A DNA stretch of 63,540 nucleotides, the filler included, from Octopus bimaculoides (Eukaryota), in assembly GCF_001194135.2 (NCBI RefSeq). It is 5 parts of 5 records of this genome, joined end to end, with 100 filler letters (N's around TTAATTAATTAA, not from the genome) between each part and the next. Parts side by side here need not be neighbours in the genome. Positions count along the whole stretch, not along the records: positions 42,586 to 63,540 come from NC_068983.1; 4 more parts are not named here. One strand, given 5' to 3'. This document shows, in pieces, positions 63,196-63,540 of the stretch. The position numbers were made by a program, and so were the translations under genes. How positions within the stretch are numbered: position 1 is the stretch's first letter; each line of letters begins with the position of its first letter. The notes beneath the pieces were generated by a model, which was not told where the DNA came from, did not search any database, and saw only the letters and a list, made by a program, of their open reading frames with translations.

Positions 63196-63540
63196 GCATT
63201 AAATGAGGATGCAAAGAAAGAGGTCTGGAGATGCCACTACGATAGATTGCTTAATAAAGAGAATGAATGGGAGAAAGAGAGCCTGCCGTATGTCGACCCA
63301 ATAGAGGGACCAGCTATCCGAGTTGATAGTACCAGGGTAGATAAAGCAATTAAGAGTATGAAGACCGGGAAAGCCCCCGGCCCATCAGGAATCACTGCAG
63401 AGATGCTCAAAATATCTGGCAGTGTTGGCTATAGCCTAGTCACCCGTATTACGAACCAGGTGATACACGAAGGAGTCATACCCAATGACTGGTGTAGCAG
63501 CATCATAGTCAACTGCTACAAAGGTAAAGGTGACGCTTTA
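63196..63540 (+). mobile_element. 5'-truncated RTE-clade LINE, open reading frame running off the window
   Basis: Stop-free frame KKEVWRCHYDRLLN...AIKSMKTGKAPGPSGITAEMLK...IPNDWCSSIIVNCYKGKGDAL. It contains the KAPGPxGI and W...I..YKGKGD pre-RT motifs. Confidence 0.9.

Noticed and set aside
1-63540. Most ORFs in the six-frame track (poly-IY, HT, CV, ER, LS, YLSI and X-rich)
   Set aside because: They are translations of microsatellites or read-through of N gaps, with no protein motifs.

Overview
This is AT-rich, microsatellite- and transposon-dense animal genomic DNA. It is most likely octopus or another coleoid cephalopod, inferred from the tRNA-derived SINE families; this was not checked against a database. 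The assembly is a draft with many N gaps and four identical artificial 100-bp joins (44 N + TTAATTAATTAA + 44 N). These split the window into five pieces whose adjacency is unproven: 1-29256, 29357-31502, 31603-33998, 34099-42485 and 42586-63540. Only three host-gene exons are recognisable: the last coding exon of a TARP/stargazin (CACNG)-like claudin-fold gene (27996-28300, minus), a single Kunitz/BPTI-domain exon (33186-33356, minus) and the first coding exon of RABL3 (38286-38331, plus). The rest is mobile-element debris: mariner, rosa (DD41D), maT (DD37D), hAT-like, Penelope GIY-YIG, Tx1/L1, CR1-like and RTE fragments, many SINEs, and several palindromic MITEs. Almost all ORFs in the supplied track are microsatellite or N-run artefacts. 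The most interesting unannotated signal is a set of minimal type-I hammerhead-ribozyme motifs with palindromic stem III and unusually long stem II: three well formed and several decayed. Also notable are a near-perfect intronic hairpin in the TARP-like gene and several long inverted repeats able to form dsRNA.
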